Below, piece after piece: positions 11,155 through 22,023 of a DNA stretch of 64,000 nt. Each line of letters begins with the position of its first letter. The stretch's first letter is position 1. The translations under genes and the position numbers were made by a program. Under the pieces are notes generated by a model. It saw nothing but the letters and a program-made list of their open reading frames with translations. It ran no database searches and was not told the origin of the DNA. Origin of the DNA: Piromyces finnis finn (lineage: Eukaryota; Fungi; Neocallimastigomycota); NCBI GenBank assembly GCA_002104945.1, contig MCFH01000025.1, positions 558,001 to 622,000 of the forward strand. The letters run 5' to 3'.

Positions 11155-14100
11155 TCATGGGACAAAATTATGATCTCCATTGGTTGCGCTGGCCCTCCTG
11201 GCCTGTCTTACTGTTTCTTCAGCATTGACGCTCTTGGATGTTGCTTCAAACCTTTTGAACATTGACCATTGCTGGCCAATAGCAAAAGGCATGATTTTGG
11301 TTAGAAGTTCCGCGGTTACCGTCAAGAATGGTGTTCCTTCGTTAGTACCAGATTGAATCTGACGCTTACAAAGTTCTTTCCATTCCCTTGAATTGTAATT
11401 GATATTGTTAAAACTTCTTCCCCCAAGAAGGAATTTAAATATTTTACTGCACACACTAGAATAATCATACACATTAATATTCACCGGATTATTAGAACTA
11501 TTACTATCATTAACTAAATTACTATCTAAATTAGAATTATTATCTTCACTATTGCTATCATTACTAATATTATTATTTCTATTACTACTATTGTTATTAT
11601 TACTATTGTTACTATTACTATTGTTATTATTACTATTGTTACTATTACTATTAATATTATTACTATCTCTACTGATATTATCAATTTCATTATTATTGAT
11701 AGGACTATTGGAATTACGTTTACTGAAAAAATTTAATAGCTGGACTATGGAATCATAATGTTTAATACGGATATCTCTAAATGTTGGACAATCTAATAAC
11801 CAATGTTTAATACTTTGATCTCCACACTTGCAACATGGACAGTAGTTAGGACAAACTGGATCAACAAATTTGGCAGCTTTGGCAACTCTAGCATCCAACT
11901 TGTATCCGCTTCTTGCTTTCAATAGCCAGTAGAAGCCATAGGCAAACTCTGGGTACTCATAACATAATTTAATAAAATCTTTAGTATCAATAAACTTATT
12001 ATCATCATAATATTGCGCTTTGATTGAATTCCCTTTGAGATCTTTCCAATAAAAGTTTTTAACTGCTTTAACATCTCCATGTTTCTTTAGTTTTTTATCA
12101 AGTGTCCTACTTGATTTGCACCACGTGTATTTTCTAAATTTAGGAATGTAATTGACAAGGTGTGAGATAATACAATTTGAGTTTTTCCATTTGTTAAAAC
12201 ATCTAACCTGAGCTAATGCACATTTGGCTGACAATGGAGGAATATTCAAATCTTTTGAGATAGAGTATAAAGATATAAACGATACAGCTTTATGAACTCC
12301 GGCAACCCATCGTATTCCTTTGTTAACATGCTTCTGTGCAATCCTAGACCTGGCTTTGTTGGATCCAAGTAATGGTGCAAAGTATGAAACTCTGCTAATC
12401 ACTTGTGAGTTAAGTACTAGCTTTTTGAAGGGAATAGGAATATTAGGATTTCTTAAGAATTTACTGACTGAGAAAAGTCCTTTCAAAACCTTGTTATTAA
12501 GAGCTTTAATAACTGGTTTAAGGGACAGATTCTTATCAAATGGAACACCAAGATAAGTATAACAATCAGTAGTTGGAATGGGTTGTCCTGCTAAGTAAAA
12601 TGTTGGATCTCTCTTGTTCTGATTTTCTATTGATTCAGGACGAATCACCATCGTTGAACACTTCTGGATACCAAATTCCATTTCATTATACAAGGCCCAT
12701 TCATTAACTCTTCTAAGCATCTTTTTTAAGCATCCTCTTGTTGGAGCACAAATAACTATATCATCTGCAAAAAGTCCACCACAGCATCGAGTGTCACCTA
12801 AACTGACTCCGAGATCTTCACACTCTTTAAATATATCATTAATAAAGAGATTAAAGAGAATAGGAGAAAGAGGGCATCCTTGACGGACTCCTTTCTTCAC
12901 ATCAAAAGATTTCGAGAATTGTCCATCTAATTTGACATTAGCCTTAGATGTTAAATATAAATTTTTGATGAATTGTAAACTCTTACCTCGGATTCCTAAA
13001 CAATCTAATTTATGGAGAATATTACCGATTGGGACTGAATCGTATGCTTTCCTGAGATCTAAAAAGGCCAAATATGTCTCTTTATTATCTAATTGACGTC
13101 TACGGCATATTTCTTGGATTGAAATGAAAAGACTGATACTTTCTTCCTTTTTTCGAAAACCAAATTGTTCAGGTCTAATGAAATTATTCTTTAGACCATA
13201 TTCTGAGATTCTAGTGGTGACAATTTTGGAAATCAACTTAATACCATTATTGATAAGTGATATACCTCGATAGTTATCACAATCTGTCAAATCTCCCTTC
13301 TTAGGAATAGAAACAATACTGGATTCATTCCATGAGTTGGGGAAGTCTCCATCCCAAATACGGTTGTATAATTTAAGAATAAAATTTAAACCATAAGCAT
13401 CATTATCTGAAGTGGTATTACCGGAAGAATTATTATCTGTAGCATTATTAGAATCATTACTTGATGGAATTAATGCTTTGTAAAATTCAATTGGAATACC
13501 ATCCGGACCTGATGCTTTATAATTCGGAGTAGAGAGGATAGCTGACTTGACTTCATCAATACTAATATCTTGGTTGATATCCCATTCATCAAGCATAGGG
13601 AGTGAAAAACGTTTATTCGTTGGTTCTTCATACCAATGCTCCAAATCAAGACTTACGCCACTTGGATCTGATGCAAGATTTTCGAAATGATCATGCCACA
13701 CATCTAGTTGTTCTTCCGTAGCAACAACTAATTCTCCATTTTTATTTTTAATTGGTTGAGCAATAAAGAAAGAATCTTTTCCAATTTTTGCAGTTTTCTT
13801 GATCCATTTCCAGGCCTTCTTAGGATTATGACTCTTCATATACTCACATCCTGTTTTAATCCAATGAAGATATTCTTGCTTCCTAAATTCATTACATCTT
13901 TTGTGGATGTAATCAATGAGCTTACGGTAGATTTTAATTCTTTTAATAAATTCATCTATATCATAAATTCTTTCTTTTTTAAATCTCTTATACAACTTCA
14001 TTTTGATTTTTTGGAGATTAAAAATTTGTTGTGAAATATGAAATGAAGACTTTATAACATTATTTGCTGAGGTAATACTGAGCTCGTCTGCAATTGAAAA

Positions 14101-15681
14101 AGCAGTTGAAGTAAATTCTTTGGAAAGATCATCTGTAGAAACATTAGGATCGTTGAATTTTGCTGAAAGTATTTGGAATTTATTATGACTGAGAATAGAT
14201 TCCTTTTCCTCAATACATTTTAATCTATTCCATTTCAGAATTTTCTTAGGAACGTTAAAGTCATTAGAAAAATCTTCCATAGGAATAATTTTACCATTAA
14301 TAAGAAGTGGCTTATGGTCTGATACAGGATAAAAATTATTTATAAATGATCCTGAGTGAATAAGATCTTTCATCTTCGAATTGATAAGAGCATGGTCAAT
14401 GTCGGAAGATTGTTCACCTCGAGTCCAAGAGATAGTAGACCCTCTAAGCGGAAGAATTTCCCAATCTCCTAATCCATTAGTTGATAACCAGTTGGATAAT
14501 TTTACTTTAGACATATTAAAATCACCAACAAGAATCGATGGATGGGATGAATGAGTTTGTAACCACAAGCGAACTTCTAACTTTGCATGATCAACATAGA
14601 TGTTGTGATGACTATGAGGCATATAAACATTTCCAATCGAGCATTTGAATCTATTCCAGAGACTAAAAGTATAAATAGAAATAATATACTTTCCAGAGAA
14701 GTTTTCAAGTGAGGCTTGACACGAATTGTGAAAACCTAAATATAAACCTCTCATTCCCGGAACTGATTCGTCAGCTTTCTTGAAAAAGTGTCTATAGTTT
14801 CGCAAAGTAACACGACAAGGATAATCTGTATTCGAACCAGAATCATTACCAGTTTCTTGGAAACATAAGAATAATGGTTTGAAAATAGCTGTGAAATAGC
14901 TAATACTATCTCTCTTTTCATGATTCCACCCATTGGTGTTCCAACTAAGACAAAAAGAAAAGTTATCAGGCTTGTTGGATGAGGAAGAATCGTTGCTATT
15001 ATTATTATTATTAAAGTCATCGTTATTAATGGATGATGCATCAGAGGAATAAGTAGAACTATTACTAGATGGCTGTGAAACTGAAGAACTATCAACTATT
15101 GAACTGTTATCAGAGTTGATAGAACTATTAGAATTAATTGTTGAATGTTGAGATTGAAATTGTGTTTGCTGTAGATCTGGAATATTTTCATGATGGGAAA
15201 CTTGTTGAAGATCCTGTTGAAGATCTCGTTGAAGATCGGATTGTTGATGAGATTGTTGAACTGATTGTTGAACTGATTGTTGAAATGATTGTTGAATAGA
15301 ATGTTGATGTTTATTAGAAACTAAAATTTTACGTTTGAGAGTGGAAAAAGTGTATTTGTGATTCCTTCTACTACGAGCTGAAAAGGAAATTGAGGTAACT
15401 GAAAGTTTCTTCTTTAACATGTGTAAGATTTTAATACAATCTTTTGATGAACCATGAACCTTGACTAAGAAAAAGTGATCATTGAAAGTCTGAAAATATT
15501 TAACACTAATAACTGAATTAAATTTATCTTCTAGAATAACCTCGAGTTTTTCCCATAGCATATTTACTGACCATGATCGAATACCACGGATAAAGAAGGA
15601 GCGAATATCATCTAAGGGGATACCATAAGACCGGGTACCACGTCTGATATAATTCTTATCTTTAATATAAAGGACTGACAT
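11155..15681 (-). CDS. LINE polyprotein: N-terminal RRM-like domain, APE endonuclease, reverse transcriptase, Zn-knuckle (1508 aa)
   Basis: APE motifs SWNTNG, FQET, VGDFN, SDIDH, SDHKP. RT motifs SGPDGIP, QFGFR, FLDLRKAYDSV, GVRQGCPLSP, FADD. C-terminal CPCCKC...HWLLDC. Confidence 0.97.
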   Translation of the reverse strand: MSVLYIKDKNYIRRGTRSYGIPLDDIRSFFIRGIRSWSVNMLWEKLEVILEDKFNSVISVKYFQTFNDHFFLVKVHGSSKDCIKILHMLKKKLSVTSISFSARSRRNHKYTFSTLKRKILVSNKHQHSIQQSFQQSVQQSVQQSHQQSDLQRDLQQDLQQVSHHENIPDLQQTQFQSQHSTINSNSSINSDNSSIVDSSSVSQPSSNSSTYSSDASSINNDDFNNNNNSNDSSSSNKPDNFSFCLSWNTNGWNHEKRDSISYFTAIFKPLFLCFQETGNDSGSNTDYPCRVTLRNYRHFFKKADESVPGMRGLYLGFHNSCQASLENFSGKYIISIYTFSLWNRFKCSIGNVYMPHSHHNIYVDHAKLEVRLWLQTHSSHPSILVGDFNMSKVKLSNWLSTNGLGDWEILPLRGSTISWTRGEQSSDIDHALINSKMKDLIHSGSFINNFYPVSDHKPLLINGKIIPMEDFSNDFNVPKKILKWNRLKCIEEKESILSHNKFQILSAKFNDPNVSTDDLSKEFTSTAFSIADELSITSANNVIKSSFHISQQIFNLQKIKMKLYKRFKKERIYDIDEFIKRIKIYRKLIDYIHKRCNEFRKQEYLHWIKTGCEYMKSHNPKKAWKWIKKTAKIGKDSFFIAQPIKNKNGELVVATEEQLDVWHDHFENLASDPSGVSLDLEHWYEEPTNKRFSLPMLDEWDINQDISIDEVKSAILSTPNYKASGPDGIPIEFYKALIPSSNDSNNATDNNSSGNTTSDNDAYGLNFILKLYNRIWDGDFPNSWNESSIVSIPKKGDLTDCDNYRGISLINNGIKLISKIVTTRISEYGLKNNFIRPEQFGFRKKEESISLFISIQEICRRRQLDNKETYLAFLDLRKAYDSVPIGNILHKLDCLGIRGKSLQFIKNLYLTSKANVKLDGQFSKSFDVKKGVRQGCPLSPILFNLFINDIFKECEDLGVSLGDTRCCGGLFADDIVICAPTRGCLKKMLRRVNEWALYNEMEFGIQKCSTMVIRPESIENQNKRDPTFYLAGQPIPTTDCYTYLGVPFDKNLSLKPVIKALNNKVLKGLFSVSKFLRNPNIPIPFKKLVLNSQVISRVSYFAPLLGSNKARSRIAQKHVNKGIRWVAGVHKAVSFISLYSISKDLNIPPLSAKCALAQVRCFNKWKNSNCIISHLVNYIPKFRKYTWCKSSRTLDKKLKKHGDVKAVKNFYWKDLKGNSIKAQYYDDNKFIDTKDFIKLCYEYPEFAYGFYWLLKARSGYKLDARVAKAAKFVDPVCPNYCPCCKCGDQSIKHWLLDCPTFRDIRIKHYDSIVQLLNFFSKRNSNSPINNNEIDNISRDSNNINSNSNNSNNNNSNSNNSNNNNSSNRNNNISNDSNSEDNNSNLDSNLVNDSNSSNNPVNINVYDYSSVCSKIFKFLLGGRSFNNINYNSREWKELCKRQIQSGTNEGTPFLTVTAELLTKIMPFAIGQQWSMFKRFEATSKSVNAEETVRQARRASATNGDHNFVP

Positions 15682-16326
15682 GATAATAAATTCTAATTAA
15701 AAAATATTGAATATAAAATAAATACTAATAAAAATTACAAATATAACGTATATGGAAAAAAATCTGTCTCTCTCTCTCTTCTTAAAAGTACTGGATAGTA
15801 CAAAAATTGTTACGATGCTTTGTTTAAAGTTTCTTATTTTTTGAATTCTAGTTGTAAATTTTCTTTAAAAATTCTAGTTTTGGTTTGTTGTTAGTAAATT
15901 CGATTCGCTTTTTGACACTAAACTTGTTTGACTTTACTTTTCATTAAATATTTAAATTGGTAAAAAATTTGAATCAAGAATGTCGACACCAGAAAGCTTG
16001 TGAATAGTATTTTTACATGATGTAGAGTGAATCAGTCTCTTACAAGAAACAATACAACAATAGCTACATGAATATAAAAGTACAATGCAAATGCTAAAGT
16101 TGACTACATTGGATTCTTACAAGAGAAGAGTAGTACTACATGAATACATGAATAAAAGAAAAAATACAGCAACAAAATGTATTACTCTTCTAATTAAATA
16201 CTATACAAACTTACCTGAAAAATCAAACATTCACTTATTCATCAAATACTTAAATTTGATGAATAAAATGTTTTTTAATCGCTCAGTACCATGAGCTTAG
16301 TCCTAATAATTTTCCCTTGAAGACTA

Positions 16327-16573
16327 ACCAAGCATCCATTGCGCAATGCTTGGATTTAATTCTTTCTACTCTCTCAGTACCATGAGCATGAGTAGACCCC
16401 CTTGAGAAATTACATTTATTAAATAAATGAAGGCACATTCCTAAGAGGGCACCAAGCATCCATTGCGCAATACTTGGATTTAATTCTTTCTACTCTCTCA
16501 GTACCATGAGCATGAGTAGACCCCCTTGAGAAACTACATTTATTAAATAAATGAAGGCACGTTCCCAAGAGGG
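16327..16573 (-). repeat. Two tandem 124-bp 5' monomers of LINE copy A
   Basis: Units start at 16573 and 16449 (CCCTCTTRGGAA... on the minus strand). Confidence 0.95.
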
Positions 16574-17105
16574 AAAAGAGTTTAATATCTTTCATAATAA
16601 ATGAAGATAAAAATAAAAAAAAAAAAAGGCCAACAAATAATTCCATTTTTTTTTAGCAACTTAATACTCATTACTATATAACTTACATTTGAAATTTATA
16701 TTCACTATAGGAAAGAAAAAAGAAAAAAAAAAAAAAAAAAAAAAAGGAAAAACTTTTAACAAAATTATTAATAAATTTATAGATATCCTTATATAAATAT
16801 TACTTTAAAATATTATTTATTTTTATTATTATAATTATTTATTTAATTTTATTTAATTATGACTTATAAATGAATATGCAAATTACAAAACTATTTGAAA
16901 AAAAAGTATATTATTATTTTTATTTTTTTTTTTTCGATCATTGATCAATAATTATTTATTTCCTTACTTTTATTTTTAAAGTATTACTTTTATATTATGA
17001 TTTATACGTGTATGGATTATTATATATTAAAATTATATAGATACCTATTTATAACGTAATTATAGATATAATATATATAATATATATAATTAAAATTCAA
17101 ATAAT

Positions 17106-19103
17106 TTAAGCTTGTTCAACGTTTTCAAGGTACCATTGACCAAGGAATTCAAGAGACTTCTTTGGAACACGAGTACGTTCGTCATCATTGTAGAAGTCAA
17201 TGTAGGTCATACCGAAACGAGTTTCATAACCGTTTTCCCATTCAAAGTTATCAACTAAAGACCAGGCCATGTAACCACGGACATCAACACCATCTTCGGC
17301 ATAGGCAAGACGAAGGTTTTCAAGGTATTGAGCGTACCAGTCAATACGGTATTCATCGTTAATAATGGATCCTTCAATATTGCTTTCATCTTCAATGATG
17401 GATTCATCGTAGGTGTCAGCGTATTCTGGTTGACCAATGGATTCGAAGTATTCCTTGGTAACTAAATCGTTAGCACGGCTAACCTTGTAGTTTGGTTGGG
17501 CACAACCGTTTTCGGTAATGATAATACCGTTCTTAATTAAACCCTTGTAACGGTCAGCGAACCAGTTAAGACCAACACGGATAGTTGGACCGTACTTGGT
17601 GTTCCAGGAAGAACCAGCTTGGGAACCAAGAGTTGGTGGAATGCAGCTCCATCCTTCACCACGACCACGGCAGTTATCATCCCACATATCTTGCTTGGAA
17701 GTTTCGAAGCTAGCTTCGTCATCAGTTGGTGGTTGGACGTAAGTACCATCTTCGTTCTTAACTTGTTCAGCCCAGTGAGCAGTGTAGGTGTTCCAACCTA
17801 AGAAGTCAGAAGATGATCCCTTTAAGAGCTTCTTTTCTTCTGGAGTGAAGACTGGCATATCCTTACCCATTCTTTGCTTGACGGAAGCTGGGTAATCACC
17901 AACCATTGGTGGGTCAGAGTACCAACCAATACGGAATTCAGCTGCTAAGTTGGCGTACTTCTTGTTGTTTTCTAATTCTTCTGGAGTGGTGTTAGCGTCT
18001 TGCCATGGGATTTGAGCTTCACCATCAATGGTAATACCAATAAGACCCTTTTGCTTCTTTTGGAACTTCTTACGGTAGACATTGACAGCCTTGGCGTGAG
18101 CAATAAGAATGTTGTGAGAACACCAGACATCTTCTAATCTTTGTGGAGCACGGTTAGCTGGAAGAACTTCAGCTCCCTTGTAGTATTGAGATGGACCAAT
18201 TTCGTAGGAACAACCTCCTTCTAAATCAAGTCCAGTAGTGTCGTTTTGGAGCTTACGTGGTGCTTCACCAGTACATCTGTATGGAGCCTTACCTGGACCA
18301 AGACGGTAACCAGAAACACAGTTAACCCATGGTTCGTTAATGGTGATCCATCCCTTAACACGGTCACCGAAGGTTTCGAAACAGTATTCGGCATACTTGG
18401 CGAAATCATCTTGGGAACGGTAATCTAACCAACCACCGTACTTTTCGTGAAGGGCGTATGGAAGATCCCAGTGGTAGAGAGTGGCGAGTGGAGTAATTTC
18501 GTTTTCAAGAAGAGTATCAATGACCATGTTGTAGTATTGGGTACCCTTTTCGTTAACGTTCCACTTACCATTAACCTTCTTGGCTTCACCATCTGGGAAA
18601 AGACGAGACCAAGAGATGGAGAAACGGTAGTGGTTGGCCTTCATGATCTTCATCATCTTAACATCTTCATCGAACTTGTGGTATGAATCACAAGCAACAT
18701 TACCGTTGGTGGAATCTGGGTTGGTTCTATCACCAGATTCAACGTTCTTTGGGTAAAGGTGGGTGAAGTGATCCCAAACGGATTCACCACGACCATCTTC
18801 GTTCCAGGCACCTTCAACTTGGTAGGCAGCAGTAGCAGCACCCCACTTGAAGTCAGCTGGAAGCTTCTTCTTTGGAGTTTCTTCAGCAGATTCAACACTA
18901 GAATCTTCAACATCTTCAAGAGAACCGGTAACTTCAACAATTTCTTCGTCAGATGGAACGGCAACATCATCAGCACCAGCAACATCTTCAACTTCAGAGT
19001 TGAGAGCAACATCATCAGCAGCTGGAGCAGAAGTGTCCTTAACAATGCACTTCTTAGCAGCAGTAACAGCTAATAAAGTAGTGAAAATAGTAAGAGACTT
19101 CAT
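17106..19103 (-). CDS. Secreted GH1 beta-glucosidase, copy 3 (665 aa)
   Basis: Catalytic domain translation is identical to copy 2. Different signal peptide start (MKSLTI) and a 15-aa longer linker. Confidence 0.97.
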   Translation of the reverse strand: MKSLTIFTTLLAVTAAKKCIVKDTSAPAADDVALNSEVEDVAGADDVAVPSDEEIVEVTGSLEDVEDSSVESAEETPKKKLPADFKWGAATAAYQVEGAWNEDGRGESVWDHFTHLYPKNVESGDRTNPDSTNGNVACDSYHKFDEDVKMMKIMKANHYRFSISWSRLFPDGEAKKVNGKWNVNEKGTQYYNMVIDTLLENEITPLATLYHWDLPYALHEKYGGWLDYRSQDDFAKYAEYCFETFGDRVKGWITINEPWVNCVSGYRLGPGKAPYRCTGEAPRKLQNDTTGLDLEGGCSYEIGPSQYYKGAEVLPANRAPQRLEDVWCSHNILIAHAKAVNVYRKKFQKKQKGLIGITIDGEAQIPWQDANTTPEELENNKKYANLAAEFRIGWYSDPPMVGDYPASVKQRMGKDMPVFTPEEKKLLKGSSSDFLGWNTYTAHWAEQVKNEDGTYVQPPTDDEASFETSKQDMWDDNCRGRGEGWSCIPPTLGSQAGSSWNTKYGPTIRVGLNWFADRYKGLIKNGIIITENGCAQPNYKVSRANDLVTKEYFESIGQPEYADTYDESIIEDESNIEGSIINDEYRIDWYAQYLENLRLAYAEDGVDVRGYMAWSLVDNFEWENGYETRFGMTYIDFYNDDERTRVPKKSLEFLGQWYLENVEQA

Positions 19104-20496
19104 TTTTTTTATATATATATTTCTTAATTTATTATTATTAATAGTATTATTTAATGTATATTATATGTATATAATTAATTATAAATTTCTATAAAAACTT
19201 AAAATTAAAAATATTATTATTATTATTATTAATTAAATTGTTTTTTTTTATATTATTATAAAATATAAAATTAAATTCTTTTTTTAAAAGACCAAATAAT
19301 AATTATAATTCTTTTTTGGTTTTTATTTTTGAATTTAGTTTTTTAAAAAAAAAGGTGGACTTTTCTTTTTATATTTATATAGCTGAGTTTTTTTTTTCTT
19401 TCTTTTTTATTCATAAAATTTTATTATACTATTTTATTCACAATACTATCTTTTTATTTAATTAAATCTTTTACCAATAAATTTTAAAAAATTCCACAAT
19501 TTCATAAGTGAAACTTTAAATCATAATAAAAACTGTGAAACATTTTAAATTTGTGTTACCTTAACAATGAACAATGATTTGTGTAACATTCTAATTTAAT
19601 TTAAATGAAATTTTAAAAGTTTCAAAAAAAATGAATTTAAAATTTAAAAAAGATCACTTGACCTAAAAGAGAAAGTAAAAATAATAATTAAAAAACTTAA
19701 AAAAAAAGAAAAAGAAAAATTAAAAAATTCTTTTTAATATTATCTGTCATGAAATGAAAAATTAAACCTGAAAGATAAGAATAATAACGTGATATTAAAC
19801 AATGACCCATGAGATGACATTTTGTTTTAATTTATTACTTTTAATTACCATCTATCCTTCAGCTGCATCATCATAACTATTATTATTTTAATATTTTACT
19901 ATTTAATTTGCTTTTCTTTTATTATTATTACTCTAATTATCATCACCATCAACATTAGTAGTAGTAGTATTTCTGGTTTTAGTATTGGGTAGTATTAAAG
20001 TTTTTAAAATTAATAATGAATGTGGGTTAGAATAAAAATAAATTAATTTGTTGTTGAGATTTTTATAAAACTAGGCGGAGAGGTTAGAAAATAAAGAATT
20101 AAAAATATCAATAGAAATTATTAATTAGTAATTTATGGTATAATGATAATGATGTAGTAATATGATAGTTTATTATAATGATAAATATATCAATCATAAT
20201 CATAATCATAGTAATACTAAATATTTTTATAGCTACACTCTAATTTGTAGGTATTATTCAATTAGGTATGAAATAAATAAAATGTATTAGGCTGAGATAT
20301 ATATCCTTCCCACATAAATATACATTTTATTTTATTCTAGAGAGTTAAAACACACACACTGTGAATTGAAATAGCCAAAATATTAAAAACAATAAACACT
20401 TTCAATAAATAATATTGTTTAAATAAAACAATAATAATATAATTTATTAATAAAAATTTTTACATTCAATTAATTTATAATAAAACCCCATAGGAG

Positions 20497-20685
20497 GTTC
20501 TTGGCGTAACCTAGAGGTAGTGCAATACTAGGAACACCGATGCTTGAACTCTTAGCAAGCTAAGAAATTCAAGCGAGTTTCAAAAATAAGTAAGACAACA
20601 AGAGGTACAAGATACCTCGTTTCAGTTGTCACACTGAAAAGAACAGATACTACACTTGATCTTAGCCAATAGGCCTGAGAGGATT
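20497..20685 (-). ncRNA. U2: U2 spliceosomal snRNA
   Basis: Minus strand reads AUCCUCUCAGGCCUAUUGGCUAAGAUCAAGUGUAGUAUCUGUUCUUUUCAG, which contains the branch-point motif GUAGUA. Stems IIa/IIb, Sm site AUUUUUG (20581-20587), stem III and stem IV with loop UAUUGCACUA. Ends are approximate (+/- a few nt). Confidence 0.97.
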
Positions 20686-21274
20686 GTAAAGAACTAAAAA
20701 GGTACTGGAAATACCTTAATATTTATATTTTTATTTCATAATATTATTTAGAAATATTTTATGAATGAAATTTGCTGCAATATGATTGGTTAACGACTTA
20801 ATAGAATTAATTACATTATTTTTACATAGTATTATTCATCCTATGGTGTATGTACATTTTAAAATATATTATGTAATAAATGAAGTAAATTTAATTTCGT
20901 TCCTCCTTTACTTATTTTAAAAATTAATTTAATGTCATTTTTCTTTTATAGTTTTTTTCTTTTTATTATAATAAAGTTAAAAAAAAAAAAGGTTGCTTGA
21001 CAACAACACCAACAATAACGATGAGAATTATCACAACAATAAACAGTTATTTATTATTAAAAAAGTATAATAAAGCTACAGTAATACGTACAGAATTTTA
21101 TTTTTTTATTTCTATTTCTAAATTTCCTATACATATGATACAAGAAAGCTCTGGTTTTAATTTTGGAAAATAGCTATAATAAAATAATGATTTAAAAAAA
21201 AAAAATAGTTAATTATAAATAGAAATATAATAATGTTAGTGAAAATAAATATATATAGTTTTAACACTGTCAAC

Positions 21275-21338
<64 letters not shown>

Positions 21339-21420
21339 ACTGTCAATTATTATTACTATCTATTATAGTCAATAATCCATTGTCAATTATTATTATTGTT
21401 GTTATTATTATTAATATTAT

Positions 21421-22023
21421 TTACTTTTTCATAAATTCTACAGCTTCCTCGTTACATTTTACACTGAGAGTATTAAATTTAAAAAAAGGATTATTATTTT
21501 TTATTTTTTGAATTTTTTCGTCTAATACAAAGTCATCGGGTTCCCAATCCGTTGATAAAGAAATGTTATCACCACCAGTTTGTAATATGTATTTTATAAA
21601 GGTTTTTCGGTTGGTCGTATAATCTATCATGGTTAAATTGTAAAATTTTGGTGGATTATTTTTATCTGGGTAACAACAAGGATGGGGTATAGGAGGAGAT
21701 TCAGTTGTATCCCCCATTAAACCATATGAAATTTTATTAGGTAATGATATAAAGATTCCTTGAAACCAATGATATGAATTATTACTGCTATAGTCGTTTT
21801 TGTCATTGTTTTTATCCGTAGTAATAGCAGTATTTTTATTGGTAGTATCACAATTATTATTATTTTGACTATCAAAATTTAGTTTTGTTTTTGGTTGAAT
21901 ATTGTCAGTTAAGTTCTCCGCCGTGTTATTATTACTTGTAGTTGAAGAAGAAGAAGAAGAGGAATAAGGTATAAAACATAAATAAGCTATTCCATTTAAT
22001 ATATTATTTTCTTGTTTTTCCAT
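21421..22023 (-). CDS. Hypothetical protein, 200 aa, single exon
   Basis: Long ORF with coding-like composition in about 85% AT context, with an A-rich pre-ATG context. No family recognised. Confidence 0.6.
   Translation of the reverse strand: MEKQENNILNGIAYLCFIPYSSSSSSSTTSNNNTAENLTDNIQPKTKLNFDSQNNNNCDTTNKNTAITTDKNNDKNDYSSNNSYHWFQGIFISLPNKISYGLMGDTTESPPIPHPCCYPDKNNPPKFYNLTMIDYTTNRKTFIKYILQTGGDNISLSTDWEPDDFVLDEKIQKIKNNNPFFKFNTLSVKCNEEAVEFMKK

Larger units (their letters stand above)
10872..16573 (-). mobile_element. Full-length non-LTR retrotransposon (LINE), copy A
   Basis: 44-nt poly(A) (T10872-10915). TSD AAAAGAGTTTAA(T) at 10860-10872 and 16574-16586. Intact ORF. 5' tandem monomers. Confidence 0.97.

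Noticed and set aside
16327-16573. Canonical hammerhead or HDV ribozyme in the LINE monomer
   Set aside because: CUGAGAGAGUAGAAA does not fit CUGANGA...GAAA. I could not find HDV P2/P3/P1.1 or a J4/2 cytosine. Kept only as an unclassified structured RNA.
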